Origin: Candidatus Methylomirabilis oxygeniifera
GTDB lineage: Bacteria > Methylomirabilota > Methylomirabilia > Methylomirabilales > Methylomirabilaceae
Direction: 5' to 3'
Assembly: GCA_000091165.1 (NCBI GenBank)
Contig: FP565575.1
Coordinates: 2,610,001-2,642,000, forward strand
DNA: 32,000 nucleotides
The notes under the pieces were generated by a model. It worked only from the letters and a program-made list of their open reading frames with translations, did no database searches and had not been told where the DNA came from. Below, in pieces: positions 1-10,210 of the stretch; within the stretch, counting starts at the first letter, position 1, and every line of letters starts with the position of its first letter. A program made the position numbers and the translations under genes.

Positions 1-1479
1 CAGACGGGTCAGCTTGGCGAACTCCGGAATATAGGCCCCAAGTACGCCAAGTTCATGCATGCTCCGAAGTGTGGCGGCCACCCCCTTCGGCTCTCGCAGG
101 ACGGTCAGGAAAAAGCCAAGGGCCCGGCTCGAGCGTCGTACCCCCTCATCGATGAAATGCGTATCGGCCCTGATAGCGTCCTGGATCTCCTGGCTCAACG
201 TGTACCCCATCTGCTGCGCATACCAGAAAACCTTCAGCAACCGGACGGGGTCATCCTGAAACAGGCCCCGATGTTTTGGCGACACGTATATGCACCGATC
301 GATTTCTGTTAAATCATCGCCGATATCGCGAGCCTTCAGCCTCCGTATCACCCTCTCCACCTGCGACCTCCCTTGCGTGCAGCGCGAGATCACCTGCGCC
401 GATAACTGCGAGATATCCTTTGCAGCCAGATAATAGCGCTGCATGAACTGTTCTACCCCGTACGAACGAGCCGTATCCAGAAACCCAAGGTTGGCCGCCA
501 CCTGCTCTTGCACGGAGAGCGAGAGTACGTCGTTCTTGCCCCGGTGCAGGTAATGAAGTTCATTCCGCAGGCGGAGCACGAAATCCAGGGCCAGGTCCCA
601 CCGTTCGCGCTCCTCCTGTCCAAGTAGCCCTTTTTGCGCCAATTCAGACGACGTACCGACTCGCTGAGTGATCCTGGCAATACAAAGGGCAGCGTGAAGA
701 TCTCTCAGGCCGCCGGGACCTTCCTTGATGTGCGGCTCCTGCACATAGATCGATGTGCCGTACCGGTAGTGGCGTTGATGTAACTCCTCGATCTTTTGCT
801 TGACGAGGGTGTCGGCGTGCTTGTACAAGACCGATCGTCCCAATTTCGCGCTGAACGCCTGATAGATTGCCGGGTCGCCGGCGAGGTGTCGGGCTTCTAT
901 CATCGAGCTGCAAGAGGGCAGGTCCGTTCGAGCCATCCGTACACAGTCATCAATAGAGCGGCAACAATGTCCTACGACGAACCCCACGTCCCAGAGAGTA
1001 CTCAACACCGGATGGAGGATCGTGTCCAGATAGGTATCGGCCCTTCGGGGGTACACAAACATAAGATCGACGTCGGAGGCCGGATTCATCTCCCGCCGGC
1101 CATAGCCGCCCAGAGCGATCAGCGCGCACCCGTCGCTGCGCCGCCTCAACGTCGGATCACAGGCTGTTTCTGACAGTTGAAAGAGTGAGGTGACGACCGC
1201 ATCAGTAAGTGTGGCGATGGATCGAACTACCGCCTGCCCGGTTCCCCCATTCCGATGGATCTCAAGAATCCGGGCCCGCTCATCGGCGATGAACCCTCTG
1301 AGGACCGAAATGAGACCGTTGGCCGCATGGCCGCCTTGCAGCAGGGAGTGCAGAGTGCCGGCCAGCGTTGAACACTCTACGGAGGCCGTGGGCGTATCGC
1401 CGGTAGGACTCGCGGCATTCGCCCCTCGGTGTCGCAGCAATGCGAAACGGCCCTTTGTGATGACCTGAAATCGTTTCAT
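1..1479 (-). CDS. glnD: [Protein-PII] uridylyltransferase GlnD, 3' end truncated by window edge
   Basis: Manual minus-strand translation from ATG at 1479 stays open to base 1 (493 codons): MKRFQVITKGRFALLRHRG...ALIALGGYGRREMNPASDVDLMFVYPRR (nucleotidyltransferase GGxGR...SDxDLxF) followed by ...SYGVEQFMQRYYLAAKDI...RDIGDDL. Confidence 0.9.
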   Translation of the reverse strand, partial: MKRFQVITKGRFALLRHRGANAASPTGDTPTASVECSTLAGTLHSLLQGGHAANGLISVLRGFIADERARILEIHRNGGTGQAVVRSIATLTDAVVTSLFQLSETACDPTLRRRSDGCALIALGGYGRREMNPASDVDLMFVYPRRADTYLDTILHPVLSTLWDVGFVVGHCCRSIDDCVRMARTDLPSCSSMIEARHLAGDPAIYQAFSAKLGRSVLYKHADTLVKQKIEELHQRHYRYGTSIYVQEPHIKEGPGGLRDLHAALCIARITQRVGTSSELAQKGLLGQEERERWDLALDFVLRLRNELHYLHRGKNDVLSLSVQEQVAANLGFLDTARSYGVEQFMQRYYLAAKDISQLSAQVISRCTQGRSQVERVIRRLKARDIGDDLTEIDRCIYVSPKHRGLFQDDPVRLLKVFWYAQQMGYTLSQEIQDAIRADTHFIDEGVRRSSRALGFFLTVLREPKGVAATLRSMHELGVLGAYIPEFAKLTRL

Positions 1480-1835
1480 TGTCAATCCGTACTGGCGTTC
1501 TGAGCGTCGAATTGCGAGTTTTGTGTTTCGAGTTCTTCACTCAACACTCAACACTTGCAGTCTGCTGTTAGTATAGGCGGGCCTGCCGGACAGGGTCAAG
1601 GTGTATGTAAAGCCGTCAGCCATCAGCACTCAGCCGTCAACTCCGGACAAAACCGTGGGCACACCAGAAAAGCTGACAGTTGATAGCTTCCTTATGGGGC
1701 GTAGCCGTGCTAAATTAGGGCTGGCATCAAGAATCCTGGAGCCTATCCTGTGGGTTCATCAATGCCACTTGGATCATTGCCAACGACGTGATGATGGGCG
1801 AGGCAGTGTAGCGAGGCGCTGGAAAGGGGATAACC

Positions 1836-2252
1836 ATGCTGGGGTTTCAGCTTGCGATTACCTTCCACCTTGTAGGGATTATTTTCTGGCTTGGCGGCTT
1901 GAGCGCCAGACTGGTCCTCCTCGCCTCTGCCCAGTCCGGCACCGAGGCGGGATGGCGATCCCAACTCTGCCGGCTCCAGCGAAAGATTCACTTGATGATG
2001 GAGACGCCCGGCTTTACGGTTGCCCTGATAGCCGGACTGTACTTGACCCATGCGACCAGGGTTACCCCGTCCCTGCCCTGGTTTAGGGCCAAGATTGCAT
2101 TGATCCTCGGTATCATTGTGATCGGCCTGCTCACCTCACGCCAGTTTAAGACCTTCAACGCGAGCGGACGGGCAGGACACGCCATGGGACTCTTTGCCGG
2201 CCTTGTTGTCTTTACCCTGTTGACGCTGGTCGCCGTACTGACCAAATTTTGA
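1836..2252 (+). CDS. Small integral membrane protein, CopD/HemJ-like family
   Basis: 138 aa, about four hydrophobic helices, N-terminal HLVGIIFWLGGL and later WFRAKIALILGI...; resembles CopD-like/HemJ-like membrane proteins. Confidence 0.6.
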   Translation: MLGFQLAITFHLVGIIFWLGGLSARLVLLASAQSGTEAGWRSQLCRLQRKIHLMMETPGFTVALIAGLYLTHATRVTPSLPWFRAKIALILGIIVIGLLTSRQFKTFNASGRAGHAMGLFAGLVVFTLLTLVAVLTKF

Positions 2253-3109
2253 TAAAGGTCTCGTTACGCTCGAGATCCGCGATGACGCGGCCGTTACCCG
2301 TTCTCATGCTGACCCTGTTGCTTACCGGAGGGTGCGTGGAGGCGCTGGAAAACAGCCTCATCTTCTTCCCGGACAAGCGGATTGAAGCAACGCCGCACAA
2401 CTTGGACTTGGCCTACGAAGAGATATCCTTTACGACCCAGGATGGGGTGCGTCTGAACGGCTGGTGGATTCCCGGGGCCGGGTCGCCCTTCACACTCCTC
2501 TGGTTCCACGGTAACGGCGGCAATATCAGCTATCGACTGGACAATATCAAGCGCCGCCATGATCTGCTGGGGACCAGCATCTTCATCTTCGACTATCGCG
2601 GGTATGGCCGGAGCGAAGGTCGGACGTCAGAGGAGGGAACCTATCGGGATGGTGATGCGGCAATCCGGTATCTGCGTAGTCGTGGGGACGTAGACCCCAA
2701 TAAGATCGTCTTCCTTGGCGAATCGCTCGGGAGCGCCGTGGCGGTCGAGATGGCGATCCGGCACGGCTGTGCCGCCCTGGTCCTGGAGTCGCCCTTCCTC
2801 TCTATTGCGGAGATGGCGAAGGTGACCTTCCCGCTCCTCCCCATCGGCTCTTTCATCCAGACTAAATACGACACCCTCTCCAAGATCGGACAGGTCAGCG
2901 TTCCACTCCTGATCGTCCATGGCGACAGCGATGAGATCGTTCCGTTCCGGCATGGGCAACGCCTCTTTGAATCCGCGAACGAACCGAAGGAGTTCTACCG
3001 CATCAAGGACGCCCACCATAACGATCTCTACGTGGTGGGCGGCACGGCCTACCTGGAGACCCTCAACCGTTTCCTCAGTAGGATGATCGGGGATACACCC
3101 TCGCCGTAA
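2249..3109 (+). CDS. Alpha/beta hydrolase (BEM46/YfhR-like), putative lipoprotein
   Basis: LLLTGGC lipobox near N-terminus, HGNGGNISYR, nucleophile elbow GESLGS, late HGDSDEIVP and His region; ORF overlaps the upstream ORF by 4 nt. Confidence 0.85.
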   Translation: MIKVSLRSRSAMTRPLPVLMLTLLLTGGCVEALENSLIFFPDKRIEATPHNLDLAYEEISFTTQDGVRLNGWWIPGAGSPFTLLWFHGNGGNISYRLDNIKRRHDLLGTSIFIFDYRGYGRSEGRTSEEGTYRDGDAAIRYLRSRGDVDPNKIVFLGESLGSAVAVEMAIRHGCAALVLESPFLSIAEMAKVTFPLLPIGSFIQTKYDTLSKIGQVSVPLLIVHGDSDEIVPFRHGQRLFESANEPKEFYRIKDAHHNDLYVVGGTAYLETLNRFLSRMIGDTPSP

Positions 3110-3119
3110 CCACCTTGTG

Positions 3120-5021
3120 TCATCTCCCTACTATTTCCGGTCTCGCCGGTGGCGTCAGTGGGAAACATATTGTAAAACAGCTCCCGCAGCCTGCGCCATC
3201 TGAGGCGGCCCAGATCCGCCCGCCGTGCAGCTCGACGAGCTGTTTCGTAAGCGCAAGGCCGAGGCCGGTTCCATGGTACTGCTTGGCGAGGGTGGGGTCC
3301 AGTTGGGTGAAGGGCTGAAAGAGCCTGGACAGGTTCTCCGCCGTGATCCCGATCCCGGTATCCGCCACGGCGATTTCTACGAACTCGCCAGGGTAGAGGG
3401 TATCGGGTATAGGGTTTAGGCGAGCGCCTTCACTAGACCCTATGTGTGCGGTGACCGTAATCCGGCCGCCTTCGGGGGTAAACTTGATGGCGTTGGAGAG
3501 AAGGTTGTAGATGATCTGTTTGAATCGGAGGGGGTCGGCAGTAAGGGGAACCAGGGCGGTGTCCGCGTGCAGCGTCAGCGTCAAGTGCTTCTGGTCGGCC
3601 AACGGCCGGATGTCGGCGAGGGCGGCCAAAATCGCTTTATCGATGTCGAAAGGCTCCGGGTGCAACTGGAGCTTACCCGCCTCGACTTTCGCGAGGTCAA
3701 GAAGATCGTTCGTGATGACGAGCAGGTGCTTACCGCCTGCCTGGATGTGGGTGAGGTGCCGGGCTTGCTGCTCATTGAGCGATCCGATGGCTGGGTTTCG
3801 CAGGAGCTCTGAGAAGCCGAGGATTGCGTTGAGCGGTGTCCGCAGCTCATGCGACATGTGGGTCAGGAACTCGGATTTGTGGCGGGAGGCCGCTTCAAGT
3901 TGCGCGTTCACCGCGCGCAGCTCTCGCGTCCGCTCATCGACGACGGCTTCGAGCTCGCCGGCGTGGCGTCGCTGTACCTCCTCACTCTGTTGCAGCGTGG
4001 CGATATCCTGTTTGATCGCGCGAACAATCACGATCCCAAGCCACACCGCGACGGCGATCACCAGCGCAATGAAACCGATCGTCGTGTCCTGCCCATTCCG
4101 TAACGCGCCGATGCGTGCCTGTAGCGCCCCTTCCAGGTCTATCATCGCTTGATCGAGCAGCGCGAACTGCCCGTCAATCGCCTGGGTGAATATCGCAAAG
4201 TAATCGGTCGGCGAATAGCTCAGCTTCTCGGCTTCCACCACCTGGGTTCTGGCCACATATGCCGCCCTCTGCGCGAGTATCATGCTTCCCTGTGCGATGT
4301 GGCTCAGACGGGTCTTCATCTGAGGGTTCAGCGCCATCGCCTTGTCTAACTCGCGCTCCATGTACTCGTGTTGCCTCTCGACATTGCTGATAAGACCGAT
4401 CAGCGCGGTGCGATCCGCCAGGGTAATGCGCTTCTCCGCTAAAAGGAGCATACCGCGCGCCCGCGCCTGGCCGAGGAATTCGGTGAGGGTCGGCATGTGA
4501 ACCAATAGCGCCATGGTGAGGTGGTAGTCATGACCGGTTGGGTCGTACGAGAGGCCGAAGTAATCCAACATCAGATCGAGCAGCTTCAGATTGTCGCTGA
4601 TGAGTGCCGTATGGGCGGCAAAACTCTCCTCACCGGAGATCGAGCACGAGGAGACGCCGTTCGCAAGCCGCCTCCAGGCATCGAATGCCCCGCGCCAGGC
4701 GGCGGTGAGTCCGGGATCATGGATGTCGGACGTGACGATCGCATCAAACGCCTCAACCGTCTTGTCGGTTTCGGTTTGCTTGGCGGCGCGTTGCGCCTCC
4801 ATTATCGTGTTGCCGCCCAGAACGCCGGCTGAGAGCCCCCGGTGCTGTTGCTGTAATTGCACCATCCTCAGTAGCGCTTTTGACGGTGCAATCCCGATAT
4901 GCTTCAGGCCGGCCGATCGCAGCGCCCTGCTGCTTTGCACCATGTACATGGTCAGCGGCGCCGCCACCAGGGCAAGGCACACCAGTCCGAACCCGAGTAG
5001 CAATCTGGCTCTTATTGTCAT
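3120..5021 (-). CDS. Sensor histidine kinase with large N-terminal sensor region (NIT-like) and coiled coil
   Basis: N-terminal TM; MVQLQQQHRGLSAGVLGGN motif reminiscent of nitrate/nitrite-sensing (NIT) domains; HisKA FLTHMSHELRTPLNAILGFSE; HATPase N and G boxes (NLLSNAIKFTPEGG, DTGIGI, GTGLGLALTKQLVELHGG). Confidence 0.88.
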   Translation of the reverse strand: MTIRARLLLGFGLVCLALVAAPLTMYMVQSSRALRSAGLKHIGIAPSKALLRMVQLQQQHRGLSAGVLGGNTIMEAQRAAKQTETDKTVEAFDAIVTSDIHDPGLTAAWRGAFDAWRRLANGVSSCSISGEESFAAHTALISDNLKLLDLMLDYFGLSYDPTGHDYHLTMALLVHMPTLTEFLGQARARGMLLLAEKRITLADRTALIGLISNVERQHEYMERELDKAMALNPQMKTRLSHIAQGSMILAQRAAYVARTQVVEAEKLSYSPTDYFAIFTQAIDGQFALLDQAMIDLEGALQARIGALRNGQDTTIGFIALVIAVAVWLGIVIVRAIKQDIATLQQSEEVQRRHAGELEAVVDERTRELRAVNAQLEAASRHKSEFLTHMSHELRTPLNAILGFSELLRNPAIGSLNEQQARHLTHIQAGGKHLLVITNDLLDLAKVEAGKLQLHPEPFDIDKAILAALADIRPLADQKHLTLTLHADTALVPLTADPLRFKQIIYNLLSNAIKFTPEGGRITVTAHIGSSEGARLNPIPDTLYPGEFVEIAVADTGIGITAENLSRLFQPFTQLDPTLAKQYHGTGLGLALTKQLVELHGGRIWAASDGAGCGSCFTICFPLTPPARPEIVGR

Positions 5022-5177
5022 GCGGTTAGTGCGCCACGACGAACGAATTGCACGGCGCCGATTTCACATCGTTGTGATTGTCTTCAACCGGCAGGAATGC
5101 TATCAGGTTTCTAATCGGCGGGGATCGTCTCCTCCGAGCAGATAGTATACACGACGACACACGTCGCAGCCAGTCTG

Positions 5178-5265
5178 TTATTCCGGGCTTGTCCCGGAAT
5201 CCGATACGTTTCTGGATTCCCGCTTTCCGCTTCAGACATGCGGGAACAAGTTTCGCGGGAATGCC
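5178..5265. repeat. Dispersed palindromic repeat, degenerate copy
   Basis: ttattccgggcttgtcccggaatcc ... ctggattcccgctttcc...cgcgggaatgcc between the histidine kinase and J-domain gene. Confidence 0.65.
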
Positions 5266-5318
5266 GTTCATTGTTGTGACTCTCGACCTACGTACAGGAG
5301 GTCGAGAATACGCCTCCG

Positions 5319-6164
5319 CTATGTGACCGTAACCCGCAAATAGAGGTCGCCGTGCGTTCCATCCCGGCCTTCAAGCCCTTTGCCCTTCAACCGCAGCCTG
5401 GTTCCGGATCGGGTGCCGGGAGGGATCGCCACCATCAGCTCTTCGATCTGGTCGCCCCGCATGAAGCTGACGCGCTTGCGCACGCCGGAAGCGGCCTCTT
5501 GAGCGGTAATGGTCAGATGATACCGGAGATTCTGGCCCCCCTCGGCGGAGTCTGAATCCCCGGCGCTCCACCGTTTCACCACGTCAAAGCCCGCCTTAAG
5601 CCCGCGTCCGATTACGGAAAGCAGGCCGCCTGATCCTGTTAGCTGATTGCTGTTCGCTGAGAGCTGAGCGCTGTCTTTCTTCACCGCCATGCGAGAGGCG
5701 CGTCGTCGGAGCACTCCGATCGGCGCGCCCATAAAGACGCCGCCGAAGACAAATCCGCGACTCCCGAAGAAGACCTGGCGCACGAAGGCGTCATCGAATC
5801 GGATGCCGGCTCTGGCGAATTCACGGTTCATCTCAGCAAAGATCGACGACATGGCAGGATTGGAGAAGAGATCCCGGAAGATCTCCTCCTGAGAGTACTG
5901 AAATCCACCTGCTTGGCCGCCCACCCCGGCCTGGGTCCCGCGAAAGGCATCGTACTGCCGTCGCTTGCCCTGATCCATCAGGACGGCATACGCTTCGCTG
6001 ATCGCTTTGAATCGCTCCCCCGCTTTGGGATCTCCCGGATTCTTGTCGGGGTGGTGCTGGAGCGCGAGTCGCCGGTACGCCCTGCGCAGCTCCTCCTCCG
6101 TGGCCTGCTCCGTGACGCCGAGAGTAGTGTAATAGTCTTTCCCGTTATCGCGCATGCGGGCCAT
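5319..6164 (-). CDS. J-domain protein (DnaJ/CbpA-like, no Zn-finger)
   Basis: [37 protein letters not shown] with HPD motif; C-terminal substrate-binding-like domain ([20 protein letters not shown]...GDLYLRVTV). Start placed at [12 protein letters not shown] rather than the upstream ORF start at 6245. Confidence 0.85.
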   Translation of the reverse strand: MARMRDNGKDYYTTLGVTEQATEEELRRAYRRLALQHHPDKNPGDPKAGERFKAISEAYAVLMDQGKRRQYDAFRGTQAGVGGQAGGFQYSQEEIFRDLFSNPAMSSIFAEMNREFARAGIRFDDAFVRQVFFGSRGFVFGGVFMGAPIGVLRRRASRMAVKKDSAQLSANSNQLTGSGGLLSVIGRGLKAGFDVVKRWSAGDSDSAEGGQNLRYHLTITAQEAASGVRKRVSFMRGDQIEELMVAIPPGTRSGTRLRLKGKGLEGRDGTHGDLYLRVTVT

Positions 6165-6169
6165 GTCTG

Positions 6170-7126
6170 TTACTCCGGCTTCGGGTACAGCGCAAGATAA
6201 TCCTTGATGGCGTCGTGGGCGCTGCGGAACGCCAGGTCCTCCCACGGAATCCGGGTCGGGGGGAAGACCTGTGCATCGAGCGCTTCGTCCTTCGCGACAA
6301 GCTCGCCCCCAACCACGCGCGCCGCGTAGGCGACGATCACGACCCCTGAGTCCTCATAGGAGTAGACATTCAGGAGCCGGTCGATCTCGACATCAAGGTT
6401 GACCTCTTCTTTCGTTTCGCGAACGGCCGCCGCCTCGACCCGCTCGCCCTTATCGACGAAGCCGCCTGGAAAGACCCATTTGCCGTACGCCGGGGAGATC
6501 GCCCGCCGGACCAGTACGATCCCACCGTCAAGCGTAAACAGGGCGCCTGCCGCCACCTTTGGGTCAGGATACTGGATGAATGAGCAACCTTGACAGGCCG
6601 GCAGTTCCGGCCCGTCCGGCTTCAGCCGTCTGGGTGTAAGCGTCATCCCGCACCGCGGGCAATATCGGAACGAGTCGTCAGAGCGGTGCATATGGCCATG
6701 AGCGCGTTTGCCATCGCCGGACGCCTCGCGTTCCGATTGAGTTGCGCCCATCGGATCATCGCCATCCGATTCGGTGATCCGTTCCAGGATCACCTCGCCG
6801 ATCTTCGGATGGACGCCCAGCGGCCGGGTAATCCGGTAGGTGATGCCGGGGTGCCGGCCGGCCGCCTGCCTGACAAGGTCGGGAATGCCGACAGCGACGT
6901 GCTTTCCCGCGCTGAGGAAGTACGGGTGGACGATCACCTCATCGGCCCCATCGGCAACGCAGGCATCAAACCCCTGCTGGATGGTCGGCTCCCCAAGCTC
7001 CATGTGGGCGTAGTGCACGATGCGCAGGCCGAACTGCTCCCCCATCAGGCCGGCGACCTTACGGAGCAGGTCGTTTGATCCTTCGCGGCGGCTACCATGA
7101 TCAACGATAAGAAGGGCTTGTTTCAT
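6170..7126 (-). CDS. Fusion protein: CbiX/sirohydrochlorin-chelatase-like domain + zinc-ribbon Nudix hydrolase
   Basis: N-terminal [21 protein letters not shown]...[19 protein letters not shown]; C-terminal zinc ribbon YCPRCGMTL...[10 protein letters not shown] and Nudix box [25 protein letters not shown]. Start at ATG 7126. Confidence 0.85.
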   Translation of the reverse strand: MKQALLIVDHGSRREGSNDLLRKVAGLMGEQFGLRIVHYAHMELGEPTIQQGFDACVADGADEVIVHPYFLSAGKHVAVGIPDLVRQAAGRHPGITYRITRPLGVHPKIGEVILERITESDGDDPMGATQSEREASGDGKRAHGHMHRSDDSFRYCPRCGMTLTPRRLKPDGPELPACQGCSFIQYPDPKVAAGALFTLDGGIVLVRRAISPAYGKWVFPGGFVDKGERVEAAAVRETKEEVNLDVEIDRLLNVYSYEDSGVVIVAYAARVVGGELVAKDEALDAQVFPPTRIPWEDLAFRSAHDAIKDYLALYPKPE

Positions 7127-7262
7127 ATACGCATAGTATACTACGCAGGATAGCAGGTGACAATCTTGCCCGCTAAGCGGACCTGTTCCAGCGCCAAAGT
7201 TTGACACACCTCCGGTGATTTTCTTAGAATACGTCATGGCCCAAGGGCCACCCATGCGTCAT

Positions 7263-7340
7263 GAAAACCCCCCTTTATCGAAGGGGGGCAGACGCTCCTC
7301 TTTTTCCCCCTTTGGGAAAGGGGGATCGAAGGGGGTTTGT
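7263..7340. repeat. G/C-run palindromic intergenic repeat (aaaacccccctttatcgaaggggg ... tttttccccctttgggaaagggggatcgaagggggttt)
   Basis: Inverted runs of C5-6TT/AAG5-6; same signature as the element at 17437-17519. Confidence 0.65.
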
Positions 7341-7385
7341 CCGAGGCTGACCGCTGAACGTTATTTTCAAAGGAATAGCTCCAAC

Positions 7386-8153
7386 ATGAAGATTCTTCGT
7401 CTGGAAGTGCCACACTGGCAACAATTTGACGGCCTGGTCCACGGCTTTCTTGGCCGTGTGAGCGGCCAGGATCGTTCGTCTAACGCCGCCTTTCGCCTGT
7501 CATCCGATAACGGCGACGACGCTGAAGCCGTCAAGTCCAACTGGTGCGAGTTAAAGATGGTGCTTCGTCTGCGCGACCTCGATATTATCACGGCCACGCA
7601 GGTTCACGGCAACGCGATCCTTCAGGTCTGCAGCGGGACCGGCAAACTAGCGGGGATCGGGGATGGGCTGATGACCGATGCGTCCAGCCTCTGCGTGGGG
7701 GTGATGGCGGCCGACTGCGTCCCGATCCTGTTCATGGAGCCAACGCGCAAGATTGCCGCCGCGGTCCATGCCGGATGGCGGGGGACGGCTGCGGGTATCG
7801 CCGCGCGGACGGTCGCGTCGATAGAAGAGGTGTATGGGATCGACTCCAACGCGCTTCATGTGGCAATGGGACCGTCGATCGGCCCTTGCTGTTACGAGGT
7901 GGGACCGGAGGTCGCAGCACAGATCGCAGCGAACTGGCGAGAGGAGTTAAGGGACGCCTGGAGGCCCGATGGGGTCAAGGGCCGCCTTGATCTGAGGGCT
8001 CTGAACGAGGCCCAGCTTCTCGGCGCGGGTATTCCTCAAATGCAGATCAGCAAGATCGGTCCCTGCACAGCCTGCCACATCAAAGATTTCTACTCCTACC
8101 GGAAAGAGGGAAAAAGCGGCCACCAATTAAGTTTCATTGGCTGGCGGGCGTAG
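7386..8153 (+). CDS. pgeF: Peptidoglycan editing factor / YfiH-family laccase-domain protein
   Basis: [35 protein letters not shown] motifs of the YfiH/Cu-oxidase_4 family. Start trimmed to [11 protein letters not shown] to exclude the repeat-encoded extension. Confidence 0.9.
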   Translation: MKILRLEVPHWQQFDGLVHGFLGRVSGQDRSSNAAFRLSSDNGDDAEAVKSNWCELKMVLRLRDLDIITATQVHGNAILQVCSGTGKLAGIGDGLMTDASSLCVGVMAADCVPILFMEPTRKIAAAVHAGWRGTAAGIAARTVASIEEVYGIDSNALHVAMGPSIGPCCYEVGPEVAAQIAANWREELRDAWRPDGVKGRLDLRALNEAQLLGAGIPQMQISKIGPCTACHIKDFYSYRKEGKSGHQLSFIGWRA

Positions 8154-8160
8154 CTACGCG

Positions 8161-8574
8161 ATGCGATTCCGCACCGAATATCTGGTCTTCCATACCAAGC
8201 GGCAGCGCGACTACATCAACATCACCGGACAGATCGAGGCCGCGCTGAAGAAGAGCGGAGTCCAGGAGGGGATGATTCTGATCTCGGCGATGCACATTAC
8301 CGCGTCCGTCTATGTCAACGACGCCGAGGATGGGCTAATCCAGGATATCGACGAGTGGCTCGAACGGCTGGCCCCTTATCGGGACGACTACCGGCACCAT
8401 CGGACAGGTGAGATGAACGGAGACGCCCATCTAAAGAACCTTCTGCTGCACTATCAGGTCATCGTTCCCGTGACCGATGGCCGATTGGACCTTGGTCCGT
8501 GGCAGCAGATCTACTACGCAGAATTCGACGGCCAGCGCAAGAAGCGGGTGATCATTAAGGTGATGGGCGAATGA
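8161..8574 (+). CDS. YjbQ family protein (UPF0047; secondary thiamine-phosphate synthase-like)
   Basis: [75 protein letters not shown]. Confidence 0.92.
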   Translation: MRFRTEYLVFHTKRQRDYINITGQIEAALKKSGVQEGMILISAMHITASVYVNDAEDGLIQDIDEWLERLAPYRDDYRHHRTGEMNGDAHLKNLLLHYQVIVPVTDGRLDLGPWQQIYYAEFDGQRKKRVIIKVMGE

Positions 8575-8616
8575 AACCTAAGGGCCTGAACCTCGATGGT
8601 TGCTCTGCTACTGTCG

Positions 8617-9048
8617 TTACGTCTTCAGCCGAGTTGCCTTCCGAGGGTCCACCCGGATGATCCCTTCGATGACATCAAAGTGGCTGTCGACACTGATAAT
8701 GTGCTTCAGGCCATGGTTCAGCGCAGTGGCCGCATGGACCGCATCCCGGCTTGTTATCATAGCCCTATAGCGCGCGACGAGGTCGAAAGCGCGCTGCATG
8801 TCCGCAAGGGTGACCGGGAGGATCTCGCCACCGACTTGGTCTACGGCCAACCGAGCTAAGTGAAGACCTCTTTCCCCCTCCTCGATGGCACGATACCGAT
8901 AGAGGATTTCCTGGAGCACCTCTGCGTTGGTCAGGGCCTCCAGCTCATCGAGGGCTACTCGTCTGAGAATCGCGACGCACGGCCCCTTCATGGGATGCTC
9001 TCGACCGGCCGCGTACATGAAGATGTTGGTGTCCAGGAACGATTTCAC
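8617..9048 (-). CDS. PIN-domain toxin (VapC-like)
   Basis: MKSFLDTNIFMYAAG..., central EVLQEILYRY, late SRDAVHAATAL and SVDSHFD acidic residues of a PIN domain. Confidence 0.85.
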   Translation of the reverse strand: MKSFLDTNIFMYAAGREHPMKGPCVAILRRVALDELEALTNAEVLQEILYRYRAIEEGERGLHLARLAVDQVGGEILPVTLADMQRAFDLVARYRAMITSRDAVHAATALNHGLKHIISVDSHFDVIEGIIRVDPRKATRLKT

Positions 9049-9332
9049 GGCCTCTTCCGGCTCCCTGCCTGTGCGGCGGGCAGCTCGGCGGTATGCTCAC
9101 GCTCGATCTCGTCCTCCATCTCCGGCCACTCGGCCACGGGGAGCGACATGGCGGCGATCTCCTCGAAGGCCTTCCGCTTGGCTGCCTGGCGGGCCTCTAT
9201 GAGCAGCTTGTCCACGACCGCCTCCCGCAGCAGGACACTGAGCGGCTTCCCGCGAGCCTTTACCAGCTTAAGAAGCGCTCGGTGCTGCTCATCAGTCAAG
9301 AGGATCTGAACTTTCTGGGTCAGGGTGGTCAT
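9045..9332 (-). CDS. Antitoxin of VapBC-like pair (ribbon-helix-helix-like)
   Basis: Overlaps the PIN toxin by 4 nt; N-terminal KVQILLTDEQHRALLKLVKARGKPLSVLLREAVVDKLL. Confidence 0.7.
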   Translation of the reverse strand: MTTLTQKVQILLTDEQHRALLKLVKARGKPLSVLLREAVVDKLLIEARQAAKRKAFEEIAAMSLPVAEWPEMEDEIEREHTAELPAAQAGSRKRP

Positions 9333-9428
9333 CCGCTCAAGTTCCTCCAGTGTATTTCATACACTCTAATCGATAATACCTCACAGCGCTGAGTGTGTCC
9401 AGGAAAAGCGTGAGCGTGACACTCCGGA

Positions 9429-10190
9429 TCAGGCGCTTTCTAAGGATTCGCGCTCCTGAAAATAGCGCTCGACGCGAGCGAGATCCTCTTCGGTGTCTAC
9501 CCCTATGGTGTCGTACGGGGTCTCGACGACAGAGATCGGTATGCCATGCTCCAGGAACCGAAGCTGTTCAAGCTTCTCTGTCTGTTCCAACAGTGACGGC
9601 AGAAGCTGGTGGAAGCGTTGAAGCGCGGGTCCGGTATACGCATAGATGCCCAGGTGTTTGAAGTAGCCAATCTCAGCGATCCGGTCCCGGTTGTAGGGGA
9701 TGGCATGGCGAGAGAAATAGAGCGCTCTTCCGTCGAGATCCGTTACGACCTTGACGCAGTTGGGGTTGTGCGCCTCCTCCGCCGTGATAAGGGTTTTTAC
9801 CGTACCGACCTGGACAGAAGGATCTTTCAGGAATGACTGCAAGAGGACCTCAAGGTGCGCAGGCCTGATCATCGGCTCATCACCCTGGATATTGACATAG
9901 ATATCGGCCGATAATGTCTGCATGACCTCGTGAATCCTGTCGGTCCCGGATGCATGGCAACTCGAGGTCATACGGACCTTCATCCGATTTCCGACACAGT
10001 AGTCATATACCTCCTTCGAATCGGTCGCAACCACCAGGTCATCCAACAACCCGCATCGGCTCGCGCGCGCAAAGACGTGATAGAGCATCGGCCGGCCACA
10101 GATCGGCCGAAGGACTTTACCCGGCAGCCTCGTCGAGGCTAGCCGCGCCGGGATAACGCCGACAATCGTTCTCTTTGCGTGATGCTGCAT
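9429..10190 (-). CDS. kdsB: 3-deoxy-manno-octulosonate cytidylyltransferase
   Basis: GVIPARLASTRLPGKVL, VVATDSKEVYDYC, ASGTDRIHEV, NIQGDEPMI motifs. Confidence 0.93.
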   Translation of the reverse strand: MQHHAKRTIVGVIPARLASTRLPGKVLRPICGRPMLYHVFARASRCGLLDDLVVATDSKEVYDYCVGNRMKVRMTSSCHASGTDRIHEVMQTLSADIYVNIQGDEPMIRPAHLEVLLQSFLKDPSVQVGTVKTLITAEEAHNPNCVKVVTDLDGRALYFSRHAIPYNRDRIAEIGYFKHLGIYAYTGPALQRFHQLLPSLLEQTEKLEQLRFLEHGIPISVVETPYDTIGVDTEEDLARVERYFQERESLESA

Positions 10191-10210
10191 CGTGTCCTGG
10201 CTGCCACCCG

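Noticed and set aside
7215-7385. N-terminal extension of the YfiH ORF
   Set aside because: Encoded by the palindromic repeat; homology to YfiH begins near [11 protein letters not shown] at 7386.
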